Positions 38,106-51,561 are shown, counted from the first letter of the stretch. The stretch is 64,000 bases of DNA from Malacoraja senta (GCA_038087875.1 CM075990.1:3288001-3352000); one strand, 5' to 3'. A program made the numbers and translations. Notes: a model not told the origin generated them from the letters alone.

Positions 38106-38784
38106 GTGCTCCACCCTTCCTTGGTCAACTCTTGCTGGACCTGCTTTGTTCTGGCCTTTATCTTACCACCAGTTCCCTCCCCCCTCTTTCAGTCTGATGA
38201 AGGGTCCCAACCCGAAACGTCACCCACCTATTTCTCTAGGGATGCTGCCTGACCCATTGAGTTACTCGAGCACCTGGTGTCTATCTCCTGAATTGTGGGC
38301 TGCCAATTCCCGTCACAGTTGCTACCCGACCCTCTGAGTTCCTCCAGCAGTCTGCCTTTTGCAAATGGATGCCCTGTTGTCGGTGATGTTTGAGAGGTAG
38401 ATACCTGTGAGTACGTGACCTCCGACAACTGAATCATCCTACCATAACCAGAGAACGGTCCTGAACTACTATCTACCTCAATGGTGACCCTCAGACTATC
38501 TTTGATCAGACTTTGCTGGTTCTACCTTGCACTAAAAGTTATTCCCTTATCATGTATCTGTACACTGTAAATGGCTCGATTATAATCGAGTATTGTCTTT
38601 CCGCTGACTGGTTAGCACGCAACAAAAAGATTTTCACTGTACCTCGGTACACGTGACAATAAACTAAACTAAACTGGAGATAGACAGGACAAGCGGGACA
38701 GGCAGCATCTCTGGAGAGAAGGAATGGGCGACGTTTCGGGTCAAGACACTTGGACTTTGTGCATCCACAGTGGAATACAAAACA

Positions 38785-39076
38785 CAATAGACAATAGACA
38801 ATAGGTAAAGGAGTAGGCCATTCGGCCCTTCAAGCCAGCACCGCCATTCATTGTGATCATGGCTGATCATCCCCAATCAGTACCCCATTCCTGCCTTCTC
38901 CCCATATCCCCTGACTCCGCAATCTTTAAGAGCCCTATCCAGCTCTCTCTTGAAAGTATCCAGAGAACCGGCCTCCACCGCCCTCTGAGGCAGAGAATTC
39001 CACAGACTCACCACTCCCTGTGAGAAAAAGTGTTTCCTCGTCTCCGTTCTAAATGGCTTACTCCTTATTCTTAAAT
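38785..39076 (-). mobile_element. CR1 LINE 3' fragment
   Basis: ORF 38877-39083; close sibling of 11872, 44045 and 55290. Confidence 0.9.
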
Positions 39077-39644
39077 CCCTCATTCACAAAATTTAGTTTA
39101 TTGCTTATTGTCACGTGTGCCGAGGTACAGTGAAAAGCTTTTGTTGCGTGCTAACCACTCAGCGGAAAGACTATACAATATTTATAATCGAGCCATTTAC
39201 AGTGTGCAGATACAAGAAAAAAGGGGAAAAAACCATGAATAATGTTTAGTACAAGATAACGTCCGGTAAAGTCTGATCAAAGACAGTCCAAGGGTCTCTA
39301 ATGAGGTTGTTAGTAGGTCAGCACTGCTTCTTAGTTGTGGTAGGATGGTTCAGTTGCCTGATAACAGCTGGGAAGAAACTGTCCCTGAATCTGTATCTGA
39401 AGTACAGGAAAAACACGGGCATCAGGCAGCATCTGCAGAAGGAATAGACGGGCAAAGTTTTGGTTTGAGTGCCTTCCTCACTCTGAAGGATCCCGACCCG
39501 AAACATCTGCTGTCGATTCCCTCCTCAGATGACGCCTGCCCCATTGAGTTCCTCCAGCACTTTGCCCAAGACTCCAGCACCCTGCAGATCCTTCTGCCTC
39601 TCGACTTGATCAATGTCTGGAATTTTAAAGTCAAAAGTGAATGT

Positions 39645-40275
39645 CTAACAAGGGCAGGACTTACACAGTGAATGGCAGAGCTCTGGGGAGTGTTGTAGAG
39701 CAGAGGGATCTAGGAGTGCAGGTACATAGTTCCTTGAAAGTGGCTTCACAGGTAGATAGGGTGGTTGAAAATGCTTTTGGCACATTGGCCTTCATCGGTC
39801 AGAGTGTTGAGTATAGAAGTTAGGAGGTCATGTTGCAGTTGTATAAGACATTGGTGAGGCTGAATTTAGAGTATTGTGTTCAGCTCTGGGCGCCATGTTA
39901 AAGGAAAGATGGTGTTAAGTTGGAAATGGTACAGAGAAGATTTACAAGGATGTTGCTAGGACTCGAGGGTCTGAGCTACAGGGAGAGGTTGGGCAGGCTA
40001 GGACTTGGTGCACAGGAGGATGAAGGGTGCCCAGAGTAGGGCAATCAAGAACCAGAGAACATAGGTTTAAGGTGAAAGGGGAAAGATTTTATAAAAATCT
40101 GAGGGGTAACCTTTTCACGCAAAGGGTGGTGGGTATATGGAACGAGCTGCCAGAGGAGGTAGTTGAGGCAGCGACTATTGCAATATTTAAGAAGCAATTA
40201 GACAGGTACATGGATAGGACAGGTTTGGAGGGATATGGGCTAAATGTAGGCAGGTGAGACTAGTGTGGATGAGGT
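39645..40275 (+). mobile_element. CR1 LINE 3' fragment
   Basis: YTVNGRALGSVVEQRDLGVQVHSSLK..; SRTREHRFKVKG..FTQRVVGIWNELP. Confidence 0.9.
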
Positions 40276-40282
40276 ATATGTT

Positions 40283-40725
40283 CTCTACTTCTCTACATCG
40301 GTGAGACCAAGCGCAGGCTCGGCGATCGCTTCAATGAACACCTCCGCTCAGTCCGTCTTAACCTACCTGATCTCCGCACTTCAACTCCCCCTCCCATTCC
40401 CAATCTGACCTTTCTGTCCTGGGCCTCCTCCATTGTCAGGGTGAGGCCCAGCGCAAATTGGAGGAACAGCATCTCATATTATGCTTGGGTAGTTTACACC
40501 CCAGCGGTATGAACATTGACTTCTCCAACAGCAGATAGCCCTTGCTTTCTCTCTCCATCCCCTTCCCCTTCCCAGTTCACCCACTAGTCTTACTGTCTCC
40601 GACTACATTCTATCTTTGTCCAGGCCCCTCCCCTGACATCAGTCTGAAGAAGGGTCTCGACCCGAAACGTCGCCCATTCCTTCAGAGAGATGCTGCCTGT
40701 CCCACTGAGTTGCTCCAGTATGTCT
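40283..40725 (+). mobile_element. Penelope-like 3' fragment (GIY-YIG + pseudo-LTR)
   Basis: LYIGETKRRLGDRFNEHL; hammerhead motif 40644-40671. Confidence 0.85.
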
Positions 40726-40916
40726 ACCTGGGGTATATGTTGGTCAGTGTGGGCAAGTTGGGCCAAAGGGCCTGTTTCCACTGTGTGACTCTATGGCGAT
40801 ATGGCAATGTGGCTCCTCTGCGGAATGAGGACCTATTTAGAAAGGGTCTCTTACCCACATCTGGACAAACGTGCCTGATCCAGACATCTTCCTAAAAAGA
40901 AAACCTCGTGATTCAT

Positions 40917-41133
40917 GTATAAGAAGGAACTGCAGATGCTGGAAAAATCGACGGTCGACAAAAATGCTGGAGAAACTCAGCGGGTGAGGCAGCATCTATG
41001 GAGCGAAGGAAATGGGCAATAGGAAACCCTTCTTCGGGTCTGAAGAAGGGTTTCGGCCCGAAACGATGCCTATTTCCTTCGCTCCATAGATGCTGCCTCA
41101 CCCGCTGAGTTTCTCCAGCATTTTTGTCGACCT
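40917..41133. repeat. Inverted pair of Penelope pseudo-LTRs (palindrome)
   Basis: AAAAATGCTGGAGAAACTCAGCGGGTGAGGCAGCATCTATGGAGCGAAGGAAAT and its reverse complement flank a central hammerhead motif (41040-41067). Confidence 0.85.
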
Positions 41134-42089
41134 ACTGATTCATTCTTTTTTTTTGTTTCTCCAATCCCATAAATAACTGATGGCAAACAAGGAGACAAAG
41201 AGAGACTGAATGCCGAGGCAGGAAGGTCCCCTACAAAGTATTATACGACCCCCCCTTCTTCGAGCCGTGGAGCTGGGGAGATAGTCAGTAAGGAGCACTG
41301 GCCTCTGATCTTGCACCCATTAGCCAGGGATATAGATGATCGCAGGAACCGAGTTCGCTGAAGCCTCTGCTGTAAGGTGGCTGCGTCCGGAGATATAACA
41401 GTGGCCTTGATAGAGTGCACTTTCCCAGCCCAGGCCGCCCATTAACCTGGGCTCTGTACACTTAGCGAGGATGTGGGCAGTTGGCTTTAATCCTTCTTTT
41501 GTTTTACAACTGACCCTTTGGCTTACACACACATACCCTTCTGTATTCACTGCGGTTTATGGGCTGAGACCCCTTGGTTGCCGGGTGAGGGGGGGGTTGG
41601 GGGGTTACACCTCAAAGCCCAGGCCTCCAGGTTGAATGAACCAGCAGCCTGGCATCCGCCTTGCGATAATAGATATTTCTTCGTGAAGTCCCGCTACAAC
41701 AAGCAAAACCGCCGGTCAAGGGCCAGACGCCATAAATCCCAGAGTGTTCACAGGTATGCTCTTTTATTGTTTTTGGTAAAAGGAGGAAACTTTATTGATT
41801 TTTCTCTCTCTCTCTCTCTCCCTCTCCCACGGGCTCCAAACACGTACAGGACAATGATTAATGCTTCCCTTTGGAAAAAAGAAATTATATGAAATAAATT
41901 AAACTACCACGGCAGCAAATTGAAAAATAAGGATGCAAATGAGGTTTGAATACTTAATATCTTATGAAGAAAAATAGTCAATGAGGCCAAAAAATGATGA
42001 GGGTTTTCCAAAAAAACCCATAAATTGAACTCTAACGACTTAGTTGAGTTCGTCGTTGTTAACCATCATCGCTGATATTCATCGCAGCA

Positions 42090-42400
42090 GGTGGCGCAGC
42101 GGTAGAGTTGCTGCCTCACAGCGCCAGAGTCCTGGGTTCGATCCTGACTACGGGTGCTGTCCGTACGGAGTTTGCACGTTCTCCCCGTGACTTGTGTGGG
42201 TTTTCTCCGGGATCTCCTGTTACCTCCCACACTTCAAAGATGGGCAGGTTTGTAGGTTCATTTGCTTCAGTAAAATTGTAAATTGTCCCCTAGTGTGTGT
42301 GTGGGATAGTATTAGGGTTGCTGGTCGGCTAGAATCAGTGGGCCGAAGGGCCTGGTTGCAAGCTGTATCTCGAAGCAAAACTCAATTGAACTAAACTAAA
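42090..42400 (+). mobile_element. HE1-like V-SINE
   Basis: tRNA head, V-domain, tail. Confidence 0.85.
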
Positions 42401-42773
42401 TATAAGTCCCAGCCCGCAGCTGATAAATACTGAGCCTGGAGGAATAGTCAGCATTGTTTAGTTGATAGGACTCTTATTATGAGTCAGGTGGTTAAGGGTT
42501 CCAGACCCGATCCAGGAATTCAAGGGTTAATCTTACCATTGCAATGTCAAACTGATGGAGGAGATTGGGACATTAAGCTGATGGCTGTCTGTGCTGTGAG
42601 ATATATCACGGGAACTGCAGATGCTGGTTTACACCGAAGATAGATACAAAATACTGGGGGAACTCAGCAGGACAGGCAGCATCTCTGGAGAGAAGGAATA
42701 GGTGACGTTTCGGATCGGGACCCTTCTTCAGAGGGAAAGGTCTGAATCACTACTTCAAGAAAGAGCAGAGTTA

Positions 42774-43093
42774 AGGCCCTGTCCCACTTTCCAGAGTTAC
42801 TCACGAATTCCCCTGAGTTTTCCCCTTGATTTGAACTCGGGGAATGTCGGATAATGTCGGTAGCGAGCTCGGAGGAGCCCGAAGATGTTTCGTAGCGGCT
42901 CGTAATGCCAGCCGTAGGAACTCGGGGCATCAGGTAAGTCGGGACGTTTTTTCAACATGTTGAAAAATGTCCACGAGTTTAAAAAAATAGCCCCGAGTAC
43001 CTACGAACGGCTATTACCGTAATTCTCCGAGTTCGAACCAAGGGGAAAACTCGGGAGAGTTTGTGAGTAACTCGGGAAAGTGGGACAGGGCCT
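42774..43093. mobile_element. Harbinger-type MITE (related to family 1)
   Basis: TIRs AGGCCCTGTCCCACTTTCC.GAGTTACTCAC; TTA on both sides. Confidence 0.9.
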
Positions 43094-43159
43094 TTACTCT
43101 CCCTGGTATAAAACCAGAGGTTGCTGGAAATGTTCAAAGGGTCAGTCACAGGAGGGTAA

Positions 43160-43580
43160 ACGGCCTGTCCCACTTAAGCTATTCTTTATACGACTGCCGG
43201 CGACTATCTTAGTCGAAGTAGGTCGCCGAAAAACTGGCGACTGGACCCCCCCTTCGTCATAAAATTTGAAATAGAATCATTACTTTAACAACAACAAAAA
43301 AACGAAGTCAGCACCGGCAACAACCTACGTTAACATGGCGACAACTACAACAGCACCTACGTCAGGAGAAGTCAAGCTACGCTCATTGGCGTCAAACCCA
43401 CTGTCGCCGACTGTCTCCGAAAAATTGTCAACATGTTGAAAATCCAGTGGCGAGCAGAAAGACGCTACGACTCTTTGGGCGACTGAGGAGACGACTCACG
43501 ACCATACAGGCGACACCCCTGGCCACCATGTGGCGACAGCCTGTAGTCGCCTAAAAAATAGCCTAAGTGGGACAGGCCCT
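43160..43580. mobile_element. Harbinger-type MITE (family 2)
   Basis: TIRs GGCCTGTCCCACTTA.GCTATT; TAA/TTA flanks. Confidence 0.85.
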
Positions 43581-44044
43581 TTAGAAAGGTTTAGAAGGAT
43601 GTGGGCCAAATGCTGGCAGTAGTTGAGTTTCTTGTCACGTGTACTGAGGTACAGTGAAAGGTTTTTTTGTTGCGTGCTAACCAGTCGTGTTCATACGTTC
43701 ATAAGTGATAGGAGCAGAATGAGGCCATTCGGCCCAGCAAGTCTACTCCGCCATTCAATCACGGCTGATCTATCTTTCCCTTTCAACCCCATTCTCCCGC
43801 CTTCTCTCCATAACGCCTGACACCCGTACGAGTCATTACGAGTCAGCAGAAAGGCTGTACATGATTACAATCAGGCCGACAACCGTGGACAGATGCATGA
43901 TAAAGGGAGTATATAATGGTGTGGATGGGGCATCTTGGTTGGCACAAACTGGGTGCAAGTTAGGACGAAGGTATGAGTTTATGACTCTACGAATGAGAAA
44001 AACATTTAATATTTCATCAATGGACTGTTTTTGCTGTAAAGTCG

Positions 44045-44475
44045 ATAATAGACAATAGATAATAGGTGCAGGAGTAGGCCATTTGGCCCTTCGAGCCAGC
44101 ACCGCCATTCAATGTGATCATGGCAGATCATCCCCAATCAGTACCCCGTTCCTGCCTTCTCCCCATATCCCCTGACTCAGCTATTTTTAAGAGCCCTATC
44201 TAGCTCTCTCTTGAAAGCATCCAGAGAACCGGCCTCCACCGCACTCTGAGGCAGAGAATTCCACAGACTCACCACTCTCTGTGAGAAAAAGTGTTTCCTC
44301 GTCTCCGTTCTAAATGGCTTACTCCTTATTCTTAAACTGTGGCCCCTGGTTCTGGACTCCCCCAACATCGGGAACATGTTTCCTGCCTCTAGTGTGTCCA
44401 AGCCCTTAACAATCTTATGTGTTTAAATGAGATCCCCTCTCATCATTCTAAACTCCAGAGTGTACAAGCCCAGCT
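44045..44475 (-). mobile_element. CR1 LINE 3' fragment
   Basis: ORF 44177-44401 is a CR1 C-terminus. Confidence 0.9.
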
Positions 44476-45077
44476 GCTCTGTACAGATAAGGTCAAAGAT
44501 AGACACAAAGTGCTGGAGTATCTCAGCGAGTCAGGCAGCATCCCTGGAGATAAAGGATGGGTGATGTTTCGGGTCGTAACCCTTCTTCAGACCCAAGGTC
44601 GGAACCTCAGAACTCGAGTTCTTCAGACTCAGGTCGAACCTTCATCTACAGACACCTTTCAGGAAGAGGTCCCTTCACATTATTGATAAAGTCATTCATC
44701 TCGCTGAGACATTAATTCTGTCCAGATCGCAACCCAAAACATTGACTGTGTATTAGTTTCCGCAGATGCAGCCCTGCTTGTTAAGCTCTTCGGGGTAATG
44801 GAGTCAAGGGATATGAGGAGAAAGCAGGAACGGGGTATTAATTTTGGATGATCAACCATGATCATATTGAATGGCGGTGCTGGCTCGGAGGGCCGAATGG
44901 CCTACTCCTGCACCTATTTTCTATGTTTTCGATGTCTATATTTTCTATTTCCTCCAGAAGTTTGTTTTTCACTCCAGAGTCCAGCATCTCTAGCTTCTAG
45001 TGTCTACATTTACGCTGTTTCTGTCTCCACTGATGCTGCCTGACCTGCTGTGTGCTTTTCCACCATTCTCTGAGCAA

Positions 45078-45380
45078 GCGGCACGGCGGCACAGTGGTAG
45101 AGTTGCTTTCTTACGGCGCCAGAGACCCGGGTTCGATCCTGACTATGGGTACCGTCTTTACGGAGTGTATACGTTCTCCCCGTGACCGTGTGGGTTTCCT
45201 CCGGGTGTTCCGGTTTCCTCCCACTTCCCAAAGACTTGCAGGTTTGTAGGTTAATTGGCTTCTGCAAATTGTAAATTGTCCCTAGTGTGTAGGATAGAAC
45301 AAATGCACAGGGATCACTGGTCGGCATGGACTCGGTGGGCCGAAGGGCCTCTTTCCAAGCTGTATCTCCAAACTAAACTA
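45078..45380 (+). mobile_element. HE1-like V-SINE
   Basis: tRNA head, V-domain, tail. Confidence 0.9.
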
Positions 45381-45769
45381 ATATTGACGCAAAATGCTGG
45401 AGTAACTCAGCGGGACAGGCGGCATCTCTGGAGAGAAGGAATGGGTGACATTTCGGGTCGAATCCATTCTTAAGATTGTCTCGACCCAAAACGTCACCCA
45501 TTCCTTCTCTCCAGAGATGCTGCCTGTCCCGCTGAGTTACTCCAGCATTTTATGTCTATCTTCGGTTTAAACCAGCATTTGCAGTTCCTTTTTACACAAC
45601 TGAACTAAGATGTCAGACTGACACCTCATCTTCCTCTTTCTTCAATGATCTGAACAACATTTCCACTGCTGCCAAAACTGCTAAGAGATAAACTGGATTT
45701 ATTACTGTTTGTGATATCTTGCTGCTCACAACTTAGCTCTCAGTTCACCAACATAACAAGCGACTTGGA

Positions 45770-46152
45770 CGACCTCATTGAAACGCACCGAATAGTGAAA
45801 GGTCTGGATAGAGTGGATGTGGAGAGGATGTTTCCACTAGTGGGAGCGTCTAGGACCAGAGGGCACAGCCTCAGAATAAAAGGACGTACCTTTAGGAAGG
45901 AGATGAGGAGGAATTCCTTTAGTCAGAGTGTGGTGAATCTGTGGAATTCATTGCCACACACGGCTGTAGAGGGCAAGACAATGGACACTTTTAAGGCGGT
46001 GATTGCCAGATACTTGATTGGTAAGGGTGTCAGGGGTTATGGAGAGAAGGCAGGAGAATGGGTTGAGAGGGAGAGATAGATCAGCCATGATTGAATGACA
46101 AAGTAGGTTCTATGGACAGAATGGCCTATTTCTGCTCCTATGACTTATGAAC
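45770..46152 (+). mobile_element. CR1 LINE 3' fragment
   Basis: DLIETHRIVKGLDRVDVERMFPLVGASRTRGHSLRIKG. Confidence 0.9.
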
Positions 46153-46624
46153 TTGTAATTTCTTTCTTCCAGATGTGATGATGGAATCAAAGTGCAAACT
46201 CGATTTCCTCACAGCCTTTATTCCTCCCCTGGCCTGTCCCATCAACCAGAGTAGGCGGGTCAACTTGCATATGGAGGGACACAACGGTACAAGAGGCAGA
46301 CCAGTACACACTTGGCACACCTTCCCCAGCCAACAATGGGCCATTGTGGACTCCACCCTTCCAGAGGTCATCTGTTGCTGGCCCTGTTTTGATCTGGTCT
46401 TCTCTATCGTTCAGCCTGACAAAAGGTTCCGGCCTACTCCTTTTCTCCAGTGATGCTGCCTGACCCGCTGGGTTTCTCTAGCATTTTGTGTCTATTCCTG
46501 GTGATCCAAGAAATGGCCCTGGGATCTTGGTCTCCTCCATCTCCCGACCTGAGACATTGTTGACCGCGTCGAGTGTCAAAGGCTTTGTATCTCCGTCCTT
46601 ACACCATGCCTGGCTGTGGATGCC

Positions 46625-46965
46625 CCTCAAACTGTAGAGCATCTGGACAATGCAGCTCACCCCCTCCATGACACACTGGTCAACCTGAGGAGCACCTTCA
46701 GCAACAGACTGGTTCCACCAAGATGCAGGACAGAACGCCACAGGAGATCCTTCTTCCACCTTGGTGGCCAAAACGGTGGGGCTACCAACTGACACTCCTC
46801 CCCTTCTGACTCCCCTCCCCCCCTCCCCAATCTTTGCACATCCCCAATCCTTTCCACTCATCACTATAATTTCATGTTTCATGTATCTTGTTGTGTTTTA
46901 CCACTGTTGGCAGATCAATTTCCCTCATGGGATAAATAAAGCTCTATCGTATCTCATCGTATCGA
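46625..46965 (+). mobile_element. Rex1/Babar-type LINE 3' end
   Basis: DNAAHPLHDTLVNLRSTFSNRLVPPRCRTERHRRSFF; AATAAA + (ATCGT)n. Confidence 0.75.
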
Positions 46966-47009
46966 CCTTGTGTGCACAAATAAAACACAACGGTGATTCT
47001 ATCCACTAA

Positions 47010-47684
47010 AGGGCCTGTCCCACTTACGTGTCCTTGGCATGCAAATTACTCGACCTCGTGGTCGCGTGAGGCGCAGGGCATCGTGTGGCCGCGCGGGGCC
47101 GGTCCCACTGAGAAGCGCGGAGGGGTACGTAGTTGTGCGCGACATCGCGCGGGGCTCCGAAATTTTTGTAGTGGACGAAATCTTCACGCGCCAACGGCCT
47201 GTCACGGAACTGACGGCCAAAGTGGGACAGGCCCAAGACCCTGGCGCGACGCAACGTCTCACCTCCAACAGCGGCAGAAGCAGGCAAACGATCACCAAAC
47301 TCGGCCTGGGGCTCACGGCCGTTGCGGATCCGGATCCACCCCCACTTCTACTCCCAGAGCGGGGCCAAGAAAATTGAAGATAGACACAAAATGCAGGAGT
47401 AACTCAGCGGGACCGGCAGCATCTCTGGAGAGAAGCAATGGGTGATGTTTCAGGTCAAGACCCTTCTTTTCAGACTGAAGAAGAGTCTCGACACGAAACA
47501 TCACCCATTCCTTCTCTCCAGAGATACTGCCGGTCCTGCTGAGTTACTCCAGCTTTGTGTCCATCTTCAAATGATGTCACGCGCTCCAGACGGCTGTGCG
47601 GTCGAATGAAGTCGCGCGCAACCTTCGCGGGACCATCGCGGCTCATAATTTGCGTGCCAAGGACACGTAAGTGGGACAGGCCCT
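47010..47684. mobile_element. Harbinger-type MITE containing an inverted pseudo-LTR pair (47376-47570)
   Basis: TIRs AGGGCCTGTCCCACTTACGTGTCCTTGGCA.GCAAATTA; TAA/TTA flanks. Confidence 0.9.
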
Positions 47685-48111
47685 TTACACAATGCATGGT
47701 CCATTGTCATATATATCACATTTCACTGGCATGAGACTTCATCTGCATCTCCATCACACCCAGACCTAGCGATCCCCATGATCTCGGGTTGGTTTCCGAT
47801 CACCACTCTCCACAAACTGTCAGTGAGTCATACAGCATGAAACCAGGCCCTTCGGCCCAGCTTGCCAACACTGCCCAACATGTCCCACTTCCACTGGTCC
47901 CACCTGCCTGCTTTTGGCCCCTAACGCTCCAAAACTATCCTATCTATGTACCTGTATAAATGTTTCTTAAGCATTGCAATAGTCCCTGCCTCAACCACTT
48001 CCTCGTAGAGGTTGGTCCATTCAACCACCTCCTTTGTGTAAAAAAAGTAACTTCTCAGGCTGCCACTAAATCTTTCCTCCCTCACCTGAAACCTGTTTCC
48101 TCTAGTTCTCG

Positions 48112-48672
48112 TTTAGTATAGTTTATTGTCATATGAACCGAGGTACAGCGAAAAGCTTTTTTTCGTTGAGTGTTATCCAGTCAGCGGAAAGGCGATACAT
48201 GATTACATTCAAGCTGTCCACAGTGTATAGCTACAGTATAAAGGGTATCATGTTTAGTACAAGATAAAGTCCAATAAAGTCCAATTAAAAACAGTCCGAG
48301 GGTCTCCAGTGAGATAGATGGTAGGCAGGACCGCTCTTTGTTTGATGATAGGATGGTTCAGTTGCCTGATAACAGCTGGGAAGAAACTGTCCCTGAATCT
48401 GGCGGTGTGCGTTTTCACACTTCTGTACCTCTTGCCTGATGGGAGAGGGGAGAAGAGGGAGTGACCGGGGGTGAGACTGGTCCTTGATTATGCTGCTGGC
48501 CTTGCCGAGGCAGCGTGAAGTGTAGATGGAGTCAATGGAAGGGAGGTTGGTTTGTGCGATGGTCTGGGCTGCGTCCGCAATTCTCTGCAATTTCTTGTGG
48601 TCTTGGATGGAGCTGTTCCCAAAGCTTGCTGTGATGCATCCTGATAAAATGCTTTCCACGGCGCATCTGTCT
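48112..48672 (-). mobile_element. Rex1/Babar-type LINE 3' fragment
   Basis: ESILSGCITASFGNSSIQDHKKLQRIADAAQTI..YTSRCLGKASSIIKD. Confidence 0.9.
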
Positions 48673-48804
48673 TGTATGAAGTACTAAAATCAGTCTTCAG
48701 AAAATTATACACGTATTCTAACGATATATTCATGACGTATTTAAGGGAAAGTTAAATAAGAGAAAGAAAAAGACGAATATACAATTGGATGAAAATAAAG
48801 AGTG

Positions 48805-49785
48805 GGCAACCTCAAGGCTGCATGCTCAGCCCCCTGCTGTACTCACTCTATACCCATGACTGCGTAGCCGGACATAGTGCGAACTCCATCATCAAGTTCG
48901 CCGACGACACCACTGTTGTTGAACAAATCACAGATAGTGATGAGTCAGAGTATAGAAGTGAGATCGACCGATTGACCAAATGGTGCCAGCACAATAACCT
49001 GGCTCTCAACACTAGCAAAACCAAGGAACTGATTGTGGACTTTGGTAGGGGAAGGATGAGGACCCACAATCCTGTTTATATCAATGGGACGATGGTGGAG
49101 TGGGTCAAAAACTTCAAATTCCTGGGCGTGCATATTTCCAAAGATCTTTCCTGGACCCAGCACACTGATGCAATTATAAAGAAGGCACATCAGTGCCTCT
49201 ACTTGCTGAGAAGATTACGGAGATTCGGCATGTCAAAGAGGATTCTCCTGAACTTCTACAGGTGCACGGTAGAGAGCATGCTGACTGGTTGCATCGTGGC
49301 CTGGTTCGGCAACTTGAACGTCCAGGAGCAGAAAAGCACTGCAAAAAGTTGTGACCACTGCCCAGTCCATCACCGGCTTTGACTCCCATCATCGAAGGGA
49401 TCTATCGAAGTCGCTGCCTCAAAAAGGCGCCCTACATCATCGGAGACCCACACCATCCTGGTCACATGCTCATTTCACCGTTGCCATCAGGAAGAAGGTA
49501 CAGGAGCCTGAAAACTGTAACGTCCAGGTTCAGGAACAGCTCCTTCCCCACAGCCATCAGGCTATTAAACACAACAACGAATAAGCTCCGAACTGCAATA
49601 GACTATTATTATTATTGCACTATAGTTGTTTATTTATTGAGTATGCGTGCATGTGTATATATACGCACTGAACTTTTTTTTTTCTCCTGTTATGTACTAT
49701 GTTTACATCCTGTTGTACTGCAGCAAGCATGAATTTCATTGTCCTATCTGGGACACATGACAATAAAACTCTCTTGACTCTTGAG
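48805..49785 (+). mobile_element. Rex1/Babar-type LINE, RT domain to 3' end (5'-truncated, frameshifted)
   Basis: PQGCMLSPLLYSLYTHDC..IIKFADDTTVV..WCQHNNLALNTSKTKELIVDF..FKFLGVHI; frameshift near 49335; tail (TCTTGAC)n. Confidence 0.95.
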
Positions 49786-51561
49786 ATAAACATTGTCCAA
49801 TCCATCTATTTCTAAATGATTATTTGTCTCAAAGAGTTAAAGAAAAAGAATTCGACTTTAGACTTTACTTTAAACTTTAGAGATACAGAGTGGAAACAGG
49901 CCCTTCGGCCCACTGTGCAATCACCTTGTAGCACCATCCTATACACCAGGGACAATTTACAGAAGCCAATTAACCTACAAACCTGTATGTCTTTGGAGTG
50001 CGGGAGGAAACCGGAGCACCCGGAGAAAACCTATTTGGAGAACGTACAAACTCCGTATAGACAGCACCCGAGTTCAGGATCGAACCCCGGGGGTCTCTGG
50101 CGCTGTGAGGCAGCAACTCTACCACCTGGTGATTCTGAGCAATGAAGCTCGGGAACGATGAAGGTTCATGCAGGGGCCTTGGGAGCAGCGATACTTTATT
50201 GAGGGCCGCGAGCCATAATCCATTCCCAGCGAGAGATCTGGGCGCAGTCTGTGACAGTTCGCGAGAAGGAGCAAGGTTATCATTCACACGCGTTTCAGCG
50301 CAGCAATAAATATGGTCACAACTTTTCCTTATTTATAAAGTGTGGTCCATGCTTAATTAGCATCAGCGCCCAGCCTCACTGAATGAATTGACTAGGAAGA
50401 GCGGCACTCATGCAGTAAGGTTGTTTGAAGGTTGTATTTAAAGTAACATTGGAACAATTTATTGGGAGGTTTACCCTTCATTTAGGCTCAGCTAAACTTG
50501 ACTGCAGACTGCTTGATGAGGCATTGTCAGGGGAGATTTATTCTACAACCATATTGGACTATACATCACTTGGAAGTGGTTTATGAGGCATGGATTCTAC
50601 AATACTCTTTGAAATAAGGGCAGGATAAATATCTGCTCATTGAATGAGACTTTGGTGGCCGGTGGAGTACTGGGTATTCACTGTGGCAGAGCGGAGCCCT
50701 GTGGCAGGGACTGACGGTGAGAACGGGGTCAGGCCACCTGACGGAAGGAAGGGTTAAATAGTCTGGGATTTGGGGAGCTCGCGTTACAGAGGTCGCCGGG
50801 GAGCTGTGTTCCAAACCCAGCCAGTCGGAAAATGCTGGCACTGCCACGAATCTCCATGCGGTTTCCATCCAACTTCGTGTGGGTTAGAGGCCGACCTCGA
50901 CGACTCTGGGTTGTGGAGAGGGCATGGTTAACGTCTGAGAGCACCCTTCCCATTCTAATTACTTGCCAAGGCATCCGATTTCACTTTGTGAAGAGAGGTT
51001 TGGAACAGGACAAACGCAGAACCTCTGTGCATTTACACGCTGAATGAGTTTATGGTCCCCAACAGTAGGAATCCTAGAGATGACTGGGTAGTCGCATCAT
51101 GGGTGTCGGGAGGAACTGCAGATGCTGGTTCAACACCAAAGAGAGACACAAAAAGCTGAAGTAACTCAGCGGGACAGGCAGCATCACTGGAGAGAAGGAA
51201 TGGGTGACGTTACCTTCCTCTCAACCCGAAATGTCACCCATTCCTTCTATCCAGAGATGCTGCTTGTCCCGCTGAGATACTCCAGCATTTTGTGTCTATC
51301 TTCGGATTGTCCCATCAGATTTAGTTTAGTTTACTGTCACGTGTACCAAGGTACAGTGAAACGGTTTTGTCGCGCGCTAACCAGCCAGCAGAAAGACAAC
51401 ACGATTACAATCGAGCCATTTACAGTGTACAGATACATGATAAGGGAATACCAACTGAGGAGTGTTTGATGGATCTGGGCCTGTAACGCTGGAGTTTGGA
51501 AGGATGAGCGGGGGGCGGGGTTGAGCGTAGATCTCATTGAAACCTATCAAATAATGAAAGG

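Noticed and set aside
41673..41753. Possible 81-nt coding exon (YFFVKSRYNKQNRRSRARRHKSQSVH)
   Set aside because: The donor is plausible but there is no polypyrimidine tract before the AG, and I do not recognise the peptide.
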